32,000 bases of DNA from Okeania sp. (GTDB lineage: Bacteria; Cyanobacteriota; Cyanobacteriia; Cyanobacteriales; Microcoleaceae), in NCBI RefSeq assembly GCF_035285525.1, contig NZ_JAYKGW010000162.1, positions 47,353 to 79,352 on the forward strand, given 5' to 3'. Positions 9,850-18,734 of the stretch are shown here, piece by piece. The notes beneath the pieces were generated by a model that saw only the letters and a list, made by a program, of their open reading frames with translations, searched no databases and was not told where the DNA came from. The position numbers and the translations under genes are program-made. Positions within the stretch are counted from its first letter, which is position 1; each line of letters starts with the position of its first letter.

Positions 9850-10182
9850 TAATTTTTTTATAGGAAAATTATAAATATGAAAAAAATATTGATTTAGTTT
9901 TCTATTTTTGGAGATGTCTAATAATAGATAACAAAAACTATACCCTAATTAGGGTTTGCTTATGAAAAGTTTTTTTGTTGAGGTAGGAAGTAGTTGAAAA
10001 AAATAATTCCTTAATTTTTTTTTCCTCATTAGGCTAAAATAATATCTTTTTGAACCTTAGTAGCCTAAAAATTTGCACTTCTACGGTTCCCGATAAATCA
10101 GACCAAAAGCACTTACTTTTATCTATGAATACTTTGAGGTTGAATCAGCTAGCCCTAATTATCAATTATTAATTATCCATAT

Positions 10183-10581
10183 ATGTATGGTAAAAATATA
10201 GACAAATTTCGATTTATTTACACAATGTTATCAAAGGGGCAAAATGAACCATATCAAAAATTAAGTCAACTGTTACATCAGTGGCAGGAGAATATGGCCG
10301 AAATAGAACCATCAAAAATATTGGCCATAAATCAAGAAGTCCAACAATTGTTTGAGACTCAGATTATTAATTTAGATAACTCAGGACTAGACCAACCCAT
10401 AGCATCCAAATTACAGTCTTATTTGACGGAGATTCATAAGCAACTTAGACTCTTGAATCTAGATGTTGCCTTTTTACAAACATCTCGAAATCCCCAAACC
10501 ACAAAAAAGAGGTTGGCCAATATTAGCGATCGCCTAGAGACCCTCAAAGGCTATTGTTTGAGTATACTTACGTCAAGCTAA
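10183..10581 (+). CDS. Small helical hypothetical protein; possibly PatD-like (heterocyst frequency control), recalled from memory only
   Basis: 132-aa ORF with an ATG start, ending 27 nt before the co-directional next gene. The motif SYLTEIHKQLRLLNLDVAFLQTSRNP resembles what I recall of Nostocales PatD annotations. I cannot verify this without a search. Confidence 0.55.
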   Translation: MYGKNIDKFRFIYTMLSKGQNEPYQKLSQLLHQWQENMAEIEPSKILAINQEVQQLFETQIINLDNSGLDQPIASKLQSYLTEIHKQLRLLNLDVAFLQTSRNPQTTKKRLANISDRLETLKGYCLSILTSS

Positions 10582-10608
10582 ATTAACAAAAAATTAGGAA
10601 GAAACAGG

Positions 10609-11217
10609 ATGAAAAGCCCTAAATACAATATAGAGTTAGAAGATGCTGTATTGAATGATACGATTCCGGTAAAATACTGTTCTAAGTCTACAGGTTTCTG
10701 GATTTCAGCGAAAGATTATGAATCCTGGTTAGCCAGTTTACCTTCATGGTATGTTCCGGAAGAAACATTGCCCTACTACAATCAATTTGAAGATTTTGTC
10801 CCTTCCCCTTTTGATGGTAAAGCAGGATTATGTCCTGAATGTGGTACTTATTTATCAAGAACGAGGATAAATATTAAGCAACCTTTTTATGTAGAACTTT
10901 GTATGAGTTGTGGAGGTATTTGGTTTGATAATGGGGAAGAATGGGAAATTTTAGAACAGCTTGGTCTTCATATTAAAATTCGCCAGATTTTTTCTAGTCA
11001 ATGGCAAGAAAAAGTACGTCAGCATCAACAAGAAATGATTAATCGTGAGAATGTGATTGATAAATTAGGAGAAGAAATAGCACAGTATGTTTTTCAATTA
11101 GCAGAAATATTGGAAACTCATCCCCAAGCAGACTATGCTGCTACTTATATGTTACGCAGGTTTGAAAATAAAAGAAAGGAACTTAATAGGAAACTTCTTA
11201 GAAATAGTCAAAGTTAA
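10609..11217 (+). CDS. Zinc-ribbon (zf-TFIIB-like) domain protein
   Basis: CPECG-x19-CMSCGGIWFDNGEWEIL is the characteristic four-Cys ribbon plus GG.W.D motif. An AGGAAG Shine-Dalgarno-like sequence lies upstream. 202 aa. Confidence 0.75.
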   Translation: MKSPKYNIELEDAVLNDTIPVKYCSKSTGFWISAKDYESWLASLPSWYVPEETLPYYNQFEDFVPSPFDGKAGLCPECGTYLSRTRINIKQPFYVELCMSCGGIWFDNGEEWEILEQLGLHIKIRQIFSSQWQEKVRQHQQEMINRENVIDKLGEEIAQYVFQLAEILETHPQADYAATYMLRRFENKRKELNRKLLRNSQS

Positions 11218-11333
11218 TTCAGTTATAGTTATCCGCAACTTAAAATACTGAAGTTTATTTTTTATTCCTCTGAAAAAGCTATCCATTATTAGGAACTCCT
11301 CAAACCCTTTTTTGATGGGAAGGAGGGTTAAAT

Positions 11334-11520
11334 AATGAATAATGAATAATTACCTATTATTATAAAGAGAGGATTGATAAAAAGGAATATTTTTTCTTTT
11401 TTATCCATGAATGGAGAGGCTTTGTACTTTAATGAATAATGAATAATTACCTATTATTATAAAGAGAGGATTGATGAAAAGGAATTTTTTTTCTCCATGA
11501 ATAGAGAAGCTTTGTACCTT
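11334..11520. repeat. Tandem duplication, about 97-bp unit x 2
   Basis: aatgaataatgaataattacctattattataaagagaggattgat.aaaaggaat...ccatgaat.gaga.gctttgtac starts at 11334 and again at 11431, with one small indel. A related 50-bp segment lies at 14063-14113. Confidence 0.85.
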
Positions 11521-11679
11521 TATTTTTCCATAATGAAATGATGGAGTAGGGCAAAATTATAGAAAAGCCTATTTGGAAATACTTAATACATTGTCTATTC
11601 TGGAAAATTGATTTAATGGCAGCTAAATAACTTATATTTTTTGTCAAGTTTTATTTTAAGAAAGGGGTAGGTTTAAAAT

Positions 11680-11782
11680 ATAGCGGATTCCACTTTAGTG
11701 AGGTACACCCGTCGCGAGCAAGATGCTCTAGAGACATTTAATTCTGAATATATGTACTTCATGTACCTGGAATATGCTGTAT
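11680..11782. mobile_element. MITE-like element of the ATAGC/TACAGCA...GGTACA family, copy lacking the 17-nt core module
   Basis: TIRs atagcggattcca and tggaatatgctgtat. The interior gaggtacacccgtcgcgagcaagatgc matches the copies at 16428-16557 and 27435-27653. Confidence 0.7.
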
Positions 11783-12015
11783 TATTGGCATTAATGGCAA
11801 AGATCAAATTTTTCAGGTATAAATTATTAAGATATTGACTTGGAAACGAATATTTTATATCTAAACACTAGATTGACTTCTGCTAAACTAAAATTTACTC
11901 AAAAAACATAGAATTTTTACTTATAAAATAATCAGAAAAATGTAAGCATTTCCTGGGAATACTTACATAAAAATGGCTAAGTGCTGACTCAAGATATCAC
12001 TAATTAAAATAATAA

Positions 12016-13674
12016 ATGAATCCTTTACTTAATATAGAAAATCTACGAGTAGCTTATCCCGAAAAAAGAGGAAAATCTCATTGGGCAATAAATAATGTTT
12101 CTCTAACACTGCAACCTGGTGAAAAATTAGGATTAGTGGGAGAATCTGGATGTGGTAAATCTACCCTGGGACGTGCTGCTATGAGATTATTGCCTAAGTC
12201 AGTACAAGTTGAGGGAAATGTCACTTTCGGGGATAAATCTGTCTTTGAGATGAACCCTTCTGAACTTAGAAAATTTCGTGGCGAAGCAGTAGCATTGGTT
12301 TTCCAAGATCCTATGACTCGCCTCGACCCATTAATGACTATTGGAGAACATTGTGTAGAAACTATTAAAGCACATCAACGTTTATCTAATTCTCAGGCCG
12401 AAAAAAAGTCTATAGAAACTCTGGAAACTGTTAATATTCCTGCTAGTCGTTGGTCTCAATATCCCCATGAGTTTAGTGGGGGAATGCGACAAAGGGTGGC
12501 GATCGCTTTAGCTCTTTTACTTGATCCTAAATTAATAGTAGCTGATGAACCTACTACTAGCTTGGATGTCACTATAGCATCTCAAATTTTGCAGGAGCTA
12601 ACTAAACTTTGCGAAGAACGTCAAACTTCTTTATTATTAATTTCCCATGATTTGGCAATGGTGGCAGAATTTTGTGACCGCATTGCTGTTATGTATGGAG
12701 GTCAAATAGTAGAAATAGGTACAGTTCAACAAATTCTAAAGAACCCCCAACATGAATATACTAAATCTCTATTTGAAGCTGCTTTACATATTCAAGTTAT
12801 TGAATCTAAATCTCCGAAAATTAAACTGAAAAAGTCTCAAGAAATCAGGGTTTCTAAAAAAGTTAAACCGATTTTACAAATCAAAGATTTAGTTAAACAT
12901 TACAGTTTAGAAAGTAATTTTATAGATCAGTTATTTTCTTCTGGAAAAAGCCAACTTATTAAAGCTGTTGATGGAGTAAATTTAGATCTTTATTCAGGGG
13001 AAATATTAGGGTTGGTTGGAGAATCTGGTTGTGGTAAAAGTACCTTATCTCGAACTATTTTACAATTAATTAAACCTACTTCTGGTTCAGTAAAATTTCA
13101 AAGTATAAATTTAACTAATCTCTCCAACTCTGTATTACAAACACACCGTCGGGATATGCAAATGATATTTCAAGATCCCCTCGCTTGTCTCAACCCGATG
13201 ATGACTGTCGAGCAGATAATAATTGACCCTTTATTTATCCATAATTTGGCTGATGGAAAGGAAGCAAAAATTCAAGTTGAGGAAATGTTAGAAAAAGTAG
13301 GCTTGACTCCAGTGGCAGAATATGGTAAGAGATATCCTTCGGAATTATCTGGAGGACAACAACAAAGGGTGGCTATTGCTAGAGCTTTGATTACTCGACC
13401 AAAACTGGTTATTTGTGATGAACCTGTGAGTATGTTGGATGCAACTATTCAAACTCAAGTTTTGGATTTAATGTTGGAGTTGAAGGATGAATTAAGTTTA
13501 ACTTATTTATTTATTACCCATGATTTATGGGTAGCGAGGTTTCTTTGTGACAGAATTGCAGTTATGAATGGTGGAAAAATTGTTGAGGAAGGGAAAACAG
13601 AAGAAATATTTAATTATCCTCAACATTCTTATACTCAAACATTGTTAAATGCTGCACCACTATTACATAAATAA
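12016..13674 (+). CDS. ABC transporter ATP-binding protein with two fused ATPase cassettes (Dpp/Opp/nickel-peptide type)
   Basis: Two Walker A motifs (GESGCGKST twice), signatures FSGGMRQRVAIA and LSGGQQQRVAIA, and Walker B ADEPT and CDEPV. 552 aa. No permease or binding-protein gene is adjacent. Confidence 0.9.
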   Translation: MNPLLNIENLRVAYPEKRGKSHWAINNVSLTLQPGEKLGLVGESGCGKSTLGRAAMRLLPKSVQVEGNVTFGDKSVFEMNPSELRKFRGEAVALVFQDPMTRLDPLMTIGEHCVETIKAHQRLSNSQAEKKSIETLETVNIPASRWSQYPHEFSGGMRQRVAIALALLLDPKLIVADEPTTSLDVTIASQILQELTKLCEERQTSLLLISHDLAMVAEFCDRIAVMYGGQIVEIGTVQQILKNPQHEYTKSLFEAALHIQVIESKSPKIKLKKSQEIRVSKKVKPILQIKDLVKHYSLESNFIDQLFSSGKSQLIKAVDGVNLDLYSGEILGLVGESGCGKSTLSRTILQLIKPTSGSVKFQSINLTNLSNSVLQTHRRDMQMIFQDPLACLNPMMTVEQIIIDPLFIHNLADGKEAKIQVEEMLEKVGLTPVAEYGKRYPSELSGGQQQRVAIARALITRPKLVICDEPVSMLDATIQTQVLDLMLELKDELSLTYLFITHDLWVARFLCDRIAVMNGGKIVEEGKTEEIFNYPQHSYTQTLLNAAPLLHK

Positions 13675-13738
13675 GAAGGAAGAAGGAAGAGGGAAGAGGG
13701 AAGAAGAAAAAAAGAAGAAAGAAGAAAGAAGGAAAAAA
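13673..13738. repeat. 66-nt uninterrupted polypurine tract (GAAGGAA/GAGGGAA heptamer-like)
   Basis: Every base from 13673 to 13738 is A or G on the plus strand. It overlaps the ABC gene stop codon. Its complement is the TTCCCTN heptamer family seen at 15441-15477 and elsewhere. Confidence 0.9.
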
Positions 13739-13887
13739 TATTTGATTGGATAAGATAAACTGTTACAGCACTAGAGTGGAATCATCTGTCTGAGTTGGTT
13801 AATATCAAACCTGTTGGCTACGGTTCGCGATAAATTGGAGAATGAAATTCTACCATCAGAAAAGAGCTAAAAGTCCGAGTTTGTAGA

Positions 13888-13985
13888 GGGTTTGGAGACC
13901 AGGGTTTGGAGACCAGGGTTTGGAGACTAGGGTTTGGAGACTAGGGTTTGGAGACCAGGGTTTGGAGACCAGGGTTTGGAGACCA
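13888..13985. repeat. 14-bp tandem repeat GGGTTTGGAGAC(C/T)A x 7
   Basis: Units start at 13888, 13902, 13916, 13930, 13944, 13958 and 13972, in variant order CCA,CCA,CTA,CTA,CCA,CCA,CCA. The array ends in ...GGAGACCAAACCCCTAC, the palindromic element also found at 17852-17908. Confidence 0.95.
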
Positions 13986-14122
13986 AACCCCTACGGGGAA
14001 ATACTACTGGATTTGAGCTAACACAAGCACCCTGCTTATTTAAGACTAGAAACCTGTTTTATTAATGAATAATTACCTCTCTTTTTTAGGGAGAGGATTG
14101 ACTAAAAGGAAAAGTATAATCA

Positions 14123-15175
14123 ATGAAATATTTCAATCAAAACCAAGAAATTAAAACACAACAAACTCTAACTTCAACAATAGAAAAAAATAATTCATCT
14201 CTAGAAGCAAATTTACAGCCCCTACCCCTAAAAAGACCTTTATTATTGATAGGTCATGGTACAAGAGACACTGAAGGAAAACAAACTTTTTTAGATTTTG
14301 TTGAAACTTATCAAAATTTGGATAAATCTCGACCTGTAATACCTTGTTTTCTAGAATTAACAGGACCGACTATTCAAGAAGGAGTAGATAAATGTGTAGA
14401 ACAAGGCTATACAGAATTATCTGCTTTGCCAATATTGTTATTTGCAGCTCGGCACAATAAATTTGATATTACTAATGAATTAGACCGAGCAAAACAACGA
14501 CATCCTCAAATAAAATTCTACTATGGAAGACATTTTGGCATTACTCCCAAGATTATAGAATTGTGGCGATCGCGTCTCACAAAATTAGATGAAACTAACT
14601 TTAACCGCTCCCAAACAGTCTTATTATTTGTAGGCAGAGGTTCCAGCGACCCCGATGCTAATGGAGATGTTTATAAATTAGCTCGAATGTTATGGGAAGG
14701 TAGCGACTATCTAACAGTTGAAACCTGTTTTATTGGGATTACTCATCCTCGTTTAGAAGAAGGTTTTCGACGAGCAAGGTTATATCAACCTCAGCGAATT
14801 ATTGTTGTGCCCTACTTTTTATTTACCGGAGTTTTAGTCAAGAAAATATTTGATATTACTGCTCAACAGCAAGAACAATATCCAGATATTTCCATGACTT
14901 GTTTACCAGAAATGGGAGCCCATCCAACATTATTAGAATTATTAAGAGACAGAGAAATAGAAACACAATTAGGAGAAGTAAAAATGAACTGTGAAATGTG
15001 TAAATTTCGGTTAGCTGCTGTTAGTAATGAAGAACATTCTCACGGTCATCATCATCATCATCATCACGACCATTCTCAGGGTCATCATCATCATAGTCAC
15101 GACCATAATCATTCTGTGGTTGACCCTTATGCGGAACCCGAAAAATATCATCAACGTATTTGGCAAGTTCCTTAA
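14123..15175 (+). CDS. cbiX: Sirohydrochlorin cobalto/ferro-chelatase CbiX, long form with His-rich C-terminal tail
   Basis: Two CbiX-type halves (LLIGHGTRD and [11 protein letters not shown]), an MNCEMC Cys motif, then a [24 protein letters not shown] tail, as known for long-form CbiX. Confidence 0.9.
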   Translation: MKYFNQNQEIKTQQTLTSTIEKNNSSLEANLQPLPLKRPLLLIGHGTRDTEGKQTFLDFVETYQNLDKSRPVIPCFLELTGPTIQEGVDKCVEQGYTELSALPILLFAARHNKFDITNELDRAKQRHPQIKFYYGRHFGITPKIIELWRSRLTKLDETNFNRSQTVLLFVGRGSSDPDANGDVYKLARMLWEGSDYLTVETCFIGITHPRLEEGFRRARLYQPQRIIVVPYFLFTGVLVKKIFDITAQQQEQYPDISMTCLPEMGAHPTLLELLRDREIETQLGEVKMNCEMCKFRLAAVSNEEHSHGHHHHHHHDHSQGHHHHSHDHNHSVVDPYAEPEKYHQRIWQVP

Positions 15176-15210
15176 TAAGGATTGGTAAATCTAACTATGA
15201 AATCCGATCG

Positions 15211-15318
15211 GAAACCGGGTTTATTGGACTCAGAAACCCGGTTTCTTTAAGAAACCGGGTTTCTTCTTTCTAGTTGAAAGAAACCGGATTTCTTATAGTT
15301 GAAAGAAACCGGATTTCT
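15211..15318. repeat. Cluster of AGAAACCGGGTTTCT palindromic motifs, including a 24-bp tandem pair
   Basis: gaaaccgggttt at 15211, agaaacccggtttct at 15232-15246, aagaaaccgggtttctt at 15249-15265, and tagttgaaagaaaccggatttctt at 15271-15294 and 15295-15318. The cluster starts 36 nt after the cbiX stop. Confidence 0.85.
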
Positions 15319-15440
15319 TGTAGTTGTCATGTCGTCTAAAACGTCGTTAACGCAGTGATGCGAAGCGCAAAAACATACCCTACCAATAAGAAAGTCAAAA
15401 GTCAGGGGTGCATTTCATATTTGCAAAAATACTTTTTTTT

Positions 15441-15477
15441 CTATTCCTGATTCCCTATTCCCTGTTCCCTATTCCCT
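15441..15477. repeat. Heptanucleotide STRR-like tract (TTCCCTA/TTCCCTG)
   Basis: ctattcctgattccctattccctgttccctattcccta lies just upstream of the yihY start. Related tracts occur at 1646-1668, 6331-6358, 23143-23168, 23480-23505 and 30576-30605. Confidence 0.85.
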
Positions 15478-15492
15478 AAAAGCGATAAATTT

Positions 15493-16374
15493 ATGAATTT
15501 TAAAAGTATCTTTCAACTACTCAAACAAACTGTTAAAGAATGGCAACAAGATAAAGCTCCTATTCTAGCAGCAGCTTTAACTTATCATACATTATTTTCC
15601 ATCGCCCCATTGTTCGTTATTGCAGTAGCGATCGCTGGTTTTATCTTTGGCAAGTCTGCTGCGGAAGGAGAGTTAGTCACGCGATTAGAAGATTTTATGG
15701 GTCCGCAAGTTGCAGAAACTATTGAAAGACTGGTAATCAATATTTCTCGTCCTCAGTCAGGTATTATTGCTACTTTAATAGGTATTGCTACTTTATTTTG
15801 GGGGGCATCAAATTTATTTGCTCAACTCAAACTTGCTTTAGATATGATTTGGAATGTTACACCTCCACCAAACAGTGGTATTGGTCGGTTTATTCAAGAT
15901 CGGTTATTGTCAGTGGCGATGGTATTAGGAGCAGGTTTAATTTTAATTTTATTATTGTTGGTTAGTGCTGTATTAACAGCAATAAATAAATGGCTAAATA
16001 GTATATTTGATACCCCAAGTGTTCTTTGGAGTGTGATTGATATTTCTCTTTCTTTTGGGATAGTAATGATCTTATTTGCGGCAATTTATAAGTTTTTACC
16101 AGATGTAAAAATAGCTTGGAGTGATATTTGGATTGGTGCAGGAATTACGGCTATATTATTCACTATTGGCAAAAGTTTAATAGGATTATATTTAGGTAAT
16201 AGTGGGGTAGGTTCAGCTTATGGTTTTGCAGGTTCTTTAGTAATATTATTGTTATGGATAAATTATTCTTGGCAAATTCTATTTTTTGGAGCAGAATTTA
16301 CTCAAGTTTGGGCTAATAAATATGGTTCAAGAATACAGAATAAACATAAAAAATTGATGGGAAATAACGATTAA
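15493..16374 (+). CDS. YihY/BrkB-family integral membrane protein
   Basis: 293 aa. N-terminus WQQDKAPILAAALTYHTLFSIAPL, six hydrophobic segments, and YGFAGSLVILLLWINYSWQILFFGAEF typical of the YihY (formerly ribonuclease BN-like) family. Confidence 0.85.
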   Translation: MNFKSIFQLLKQTVKEWQQDKAPILAAALTYHTLFSIAPLFVIAVAIAGFIFGKSAAEGELVTRLEDFMGPQVAETIERLVINISRPQSGIIATLIGIATLFWGASNLFAQLKLALDMIWNVTPPPNSGIGRFIQDRLLSVAMVLGAGLILILLLLVSAVLTAINKWLNSIFDTPSVLWSVIDISLSFGIVMILFAAIYKFLPDVKIAWSDIWIGAGITAILFTIGKSLIGLYLGNSGVGSAYGFAGSLVILLLWINYSWQILFFGAEFTQVWANKYGSRIQNKHKKLMGNND

Positions 16375-16427
16375 TTATAACTGATTAATTGGGATTTTGA
16401 GAATCGTGATTTTTTATCTCTTTATGT

Positions 16428-16557
16428 ATAGCAGAGCCAATTTTTTTGAGGTACATCGGCGCGTTCAAGATGCAGGGTTCCCGATAAATCGGTGAAAAAT
16501 CCCACTGAGAATATTTAATTATTAAATCAATACTTCATATACTTGGAATCTGATGTA
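16428..16557. mobile_element. MITE-like element of the ATAGC/TACAGCA...GGTACA family, with the 17-nt core module
   Basis: TIRs atagcagagccaa and ttggaatctgatgta. The interior gaggtacatcggcgcgttcaagatgc is followed by agggttcccgataaatc (16474-16490). Confidence 0.7.
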
Positions 16558-16634
16558 AATCTAAAGCTAGGATTTTTATTGTCTGTAATGCTGGTATTAT
16601 TGATAATAATAATGAAATATTAACTGACAATAAA

Positions 16635-17636
16635 ATGACAGAAACAACAGCTAATTATGATGAAACGTGGAAAGCAGCTATATCTGAATATTTTGAATCT
16701 TTCCTAAGTTTCTTTTATCCCGAAATTCATGGCTCTATTAATTGGCAAAAAACACCGATTTCTCTAGATAAAGAATTAGAAGAAATTACTGCCTCAGCAA
16801 CAATAGAAAAACGTTATGCTGATCTCTTGGTTGATTGGATATGGTTAGGGAACCCATCCATCCCTCGACCGCTAAATTATTTAAAGCATGGTTTTTAGAC
16901 AATGAAGAAATCTGGATTTTGATTCATATTGAAGTCCAAAGTCAATATGACCGAGAATTTACTCAGGGAATGTATATCTATAAACTATCGAGCATTTGAC
17001 TTGTACCATAAACCAGTAATTAGTTTAGCTATACTAGGAGATGAAAACCAATCTTGGCGACCAAGTTTCTATCAATATGGTTTCGGAAAAAGTTAAATGA
17101 GATTAGATTTTGCCATAGTCAAACTCTTAGATTATCAATGGGAGGAACTAGAAACAGATAATAATCCATTTGCTATGACAGTTATGGCACACTTAAAAAC
17201 TAAGAATACCACCAGAAACCTGACAGAAAGAGAACAATGGAAATGGCAATTAGTCACAAGCTTATACGATAAGGGGTTAACTAAATTCGATATTATCAAT
17301 CTGCTGAAATTCATTGATAAAATGATGACCTGATCCCCAAAATTAGAATCAAGTTTTAAAACCAAAATTAATCAATATGAGGAGTCACAAAAAATGGAAT
17401 TTTTAAGCACTATAGGAGAAATAGATCAAGAAATAGCAGCCAAACAAACTTACCGACAAAGTATTCTTGATTTACTGGAAAAACGCTTTAATAATTTGTC
17501 AGAAACTCTGGTCAAAGCTATTAATAAAATTGATGATTTAGTCTGGCTAAAACCGTTAAATTTAGAAACAATTACTGTCAGTTCAGTTTCCGAGTTTGAG
17601 GAATTGATTAATAGGAGAAACTCCACAAATATTTAG
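16635..17636 (+). pseudogene. Decayed Rpn/PD-(D/E)XK-family putative transposase gene with a DUF4351-like C-terminus
   Basis: Four ORF fragments are colinear with one protein of about 330 aa: (1) YDETWK..FFYPE..EKRYADLLV; (2) a non-homologous stretch of about 50 nt (16833-16882) that shifts the frame; (3) KAWFLDNEEIWILIHIEVQSQ..MYIY; (4) a 1-nt insertion near 16982; (5) NYRAFDLYHKPVISLAILGDEN; (6) an in-frame TAA at 17094; (7) an in-frame TGA at 17331; (8) the C-terminal fragment 17394-17636. Confidence 0.75.
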
Positions 17637-17851
17637 AGGAAAATATCAGTTATTGTTGGGTAGCGCTATGGTTTTTTATGTTGCCTAGCCCTACCAAATT
17701 CACAAATAATCATATCTGCTGAAATTCATTTTCTAGTTTACCCCCTGAAACTTCCTCGTAAATTACAATAAATTACACAAAAAACTCAAGCTAAATTAAG
17801 TAGAGGAGTGGGGGAAACATAGCAACCATAAATGATTTGTGAAAAAAAACT

Positions 17852-17908
17852 GTAGGGGTTTGGTTTCCAAATCCCTTATTTGTTCGGGCTTGGAGACCAA
17901 ACCCCTAC
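17852..17908. repeat. 57-bp palindromic hairpin element GTAGGGGTTTGG...CCAAACCCCTAC
   Basis: gtaggggtttggtttccaaatccc pairs with gggcttggagaccaaacccctac across a 10-nt loop. Half or variant copies lie at 726-781, 6283-6307 and 13883-13994. Confidence 0.8.
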
Positions 17909-17997
17909 TATAAAATCTTACAACCTATTTAGGATTACTATACTACCATATTTAAAATTTTTCCTTATTCCTTCTTACTTATTCCTTCTGAAAATAA

Positions 17998-18558
17998 ATG
18001 ACAAAAATAGCCTTATTTGGAACCAGTGCTGATCCACCAACAGTCGGACATGAAAAAATTATTAAATGGCTCTCTCAAAAGTTCGATAAAGTAGTAGTTT
18101 GGGCATCAGATAATCCTTTTAAATTTAATCAAACATCTCTAAAACAACGTTCGACAATGTTATCAATTTTGATTGAAAATATTGACCTAAATCAAAACAA
18201 TATTTTTCTGCATCAAGAATTAAGTAGTCGTCGGACTTTAGAAACCGTTGAACTTGCCAGAAAAAAATGGGATAATGCAGAATTTACTCTAGTAGTAGGT
18301 TCAGATTTAGTTAAACAATTACCAAATTGGTATCAAATAGAAGAACTTTTACAGAAAGTAGAATTATTAATAGTACCTCGCCCAGGTATTGCCATAGAAA
18401 AAGCAGATTTACAGAAATTAAAGGAACTAACTACAGAAGTCAAAATAGCTTCTGTAGAAGTTCCAAATGTTTCCTCATCTGCATATCGCGAACAGGGAGA
18501 TGAAATGAATATTACGCCTCCAATTAAAGATTATATATATAGACAGAAATTATATTAA
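17998..18558 (+). CDS. nadD: Nicotinate-nucleotide adenylyltransferase
   Basis: GTSADPPTVGH is an (H/T)xGH nucleotidyltransferase motif, and a C-terminal SSSAYR motif is present. 186 aa. Confidence 0.85.
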   Translation: MTKIALFGTSADPPTVGHEKIIKWLSQKFDKVVVWASDNPFKFNQTSLKQRSTMLSILIENIDLNQNNIFLHQELSSRRTLETVELARKKWDNAEFTLVVGSDLVKQLPNWYQIEELLQKVELLIVPRPGIAIEKADLQKLKELTTEVKIASVEVPNVSSSAYREQGDEMNITPPIKDYIYRQKLY

Positions 18559-18734
18559 TGATAGAAAGCAACTACATAAAAAATGTCATTTTGAGTATCA
18601 ATTAATCTCCTTAACTTCAAGCCTACTATATTATTTTAGTATCCCATTAATAAAACTGTCAAGATGAAAGCTGAAGTATTGTAGCTATATTTCTGATTAT
18701 TTTTCTTTTTTTTCTTTCTTCTTTGCTTTGACTG

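Noticed and set aside
11447-11647. 66-aa minus-strand ORF
   Set aside because: It overlaps the second copy of the 97-bp tandem repeat. Its sequence is low-complexity and AT-driven, and it has no RBS or homology features.
13675-14122. Cobalamin riboswitch upstream of cbiX (GGAGACC strings resemble part of a B12 box)
   Set aside because: The GGAGACC strings belong to the 14-bp tandem repeat. No GCCACTG-type B12-box core or multi-stem architecture is visible. An Rfam Cobalamin model scan would settle it.
17135-17365. 76-aa minus-strand ORF
   Set aside because: It is antisense to a fragment of the Rpn-like pseudogene, whose plus-strand reading shows clear family similarity.
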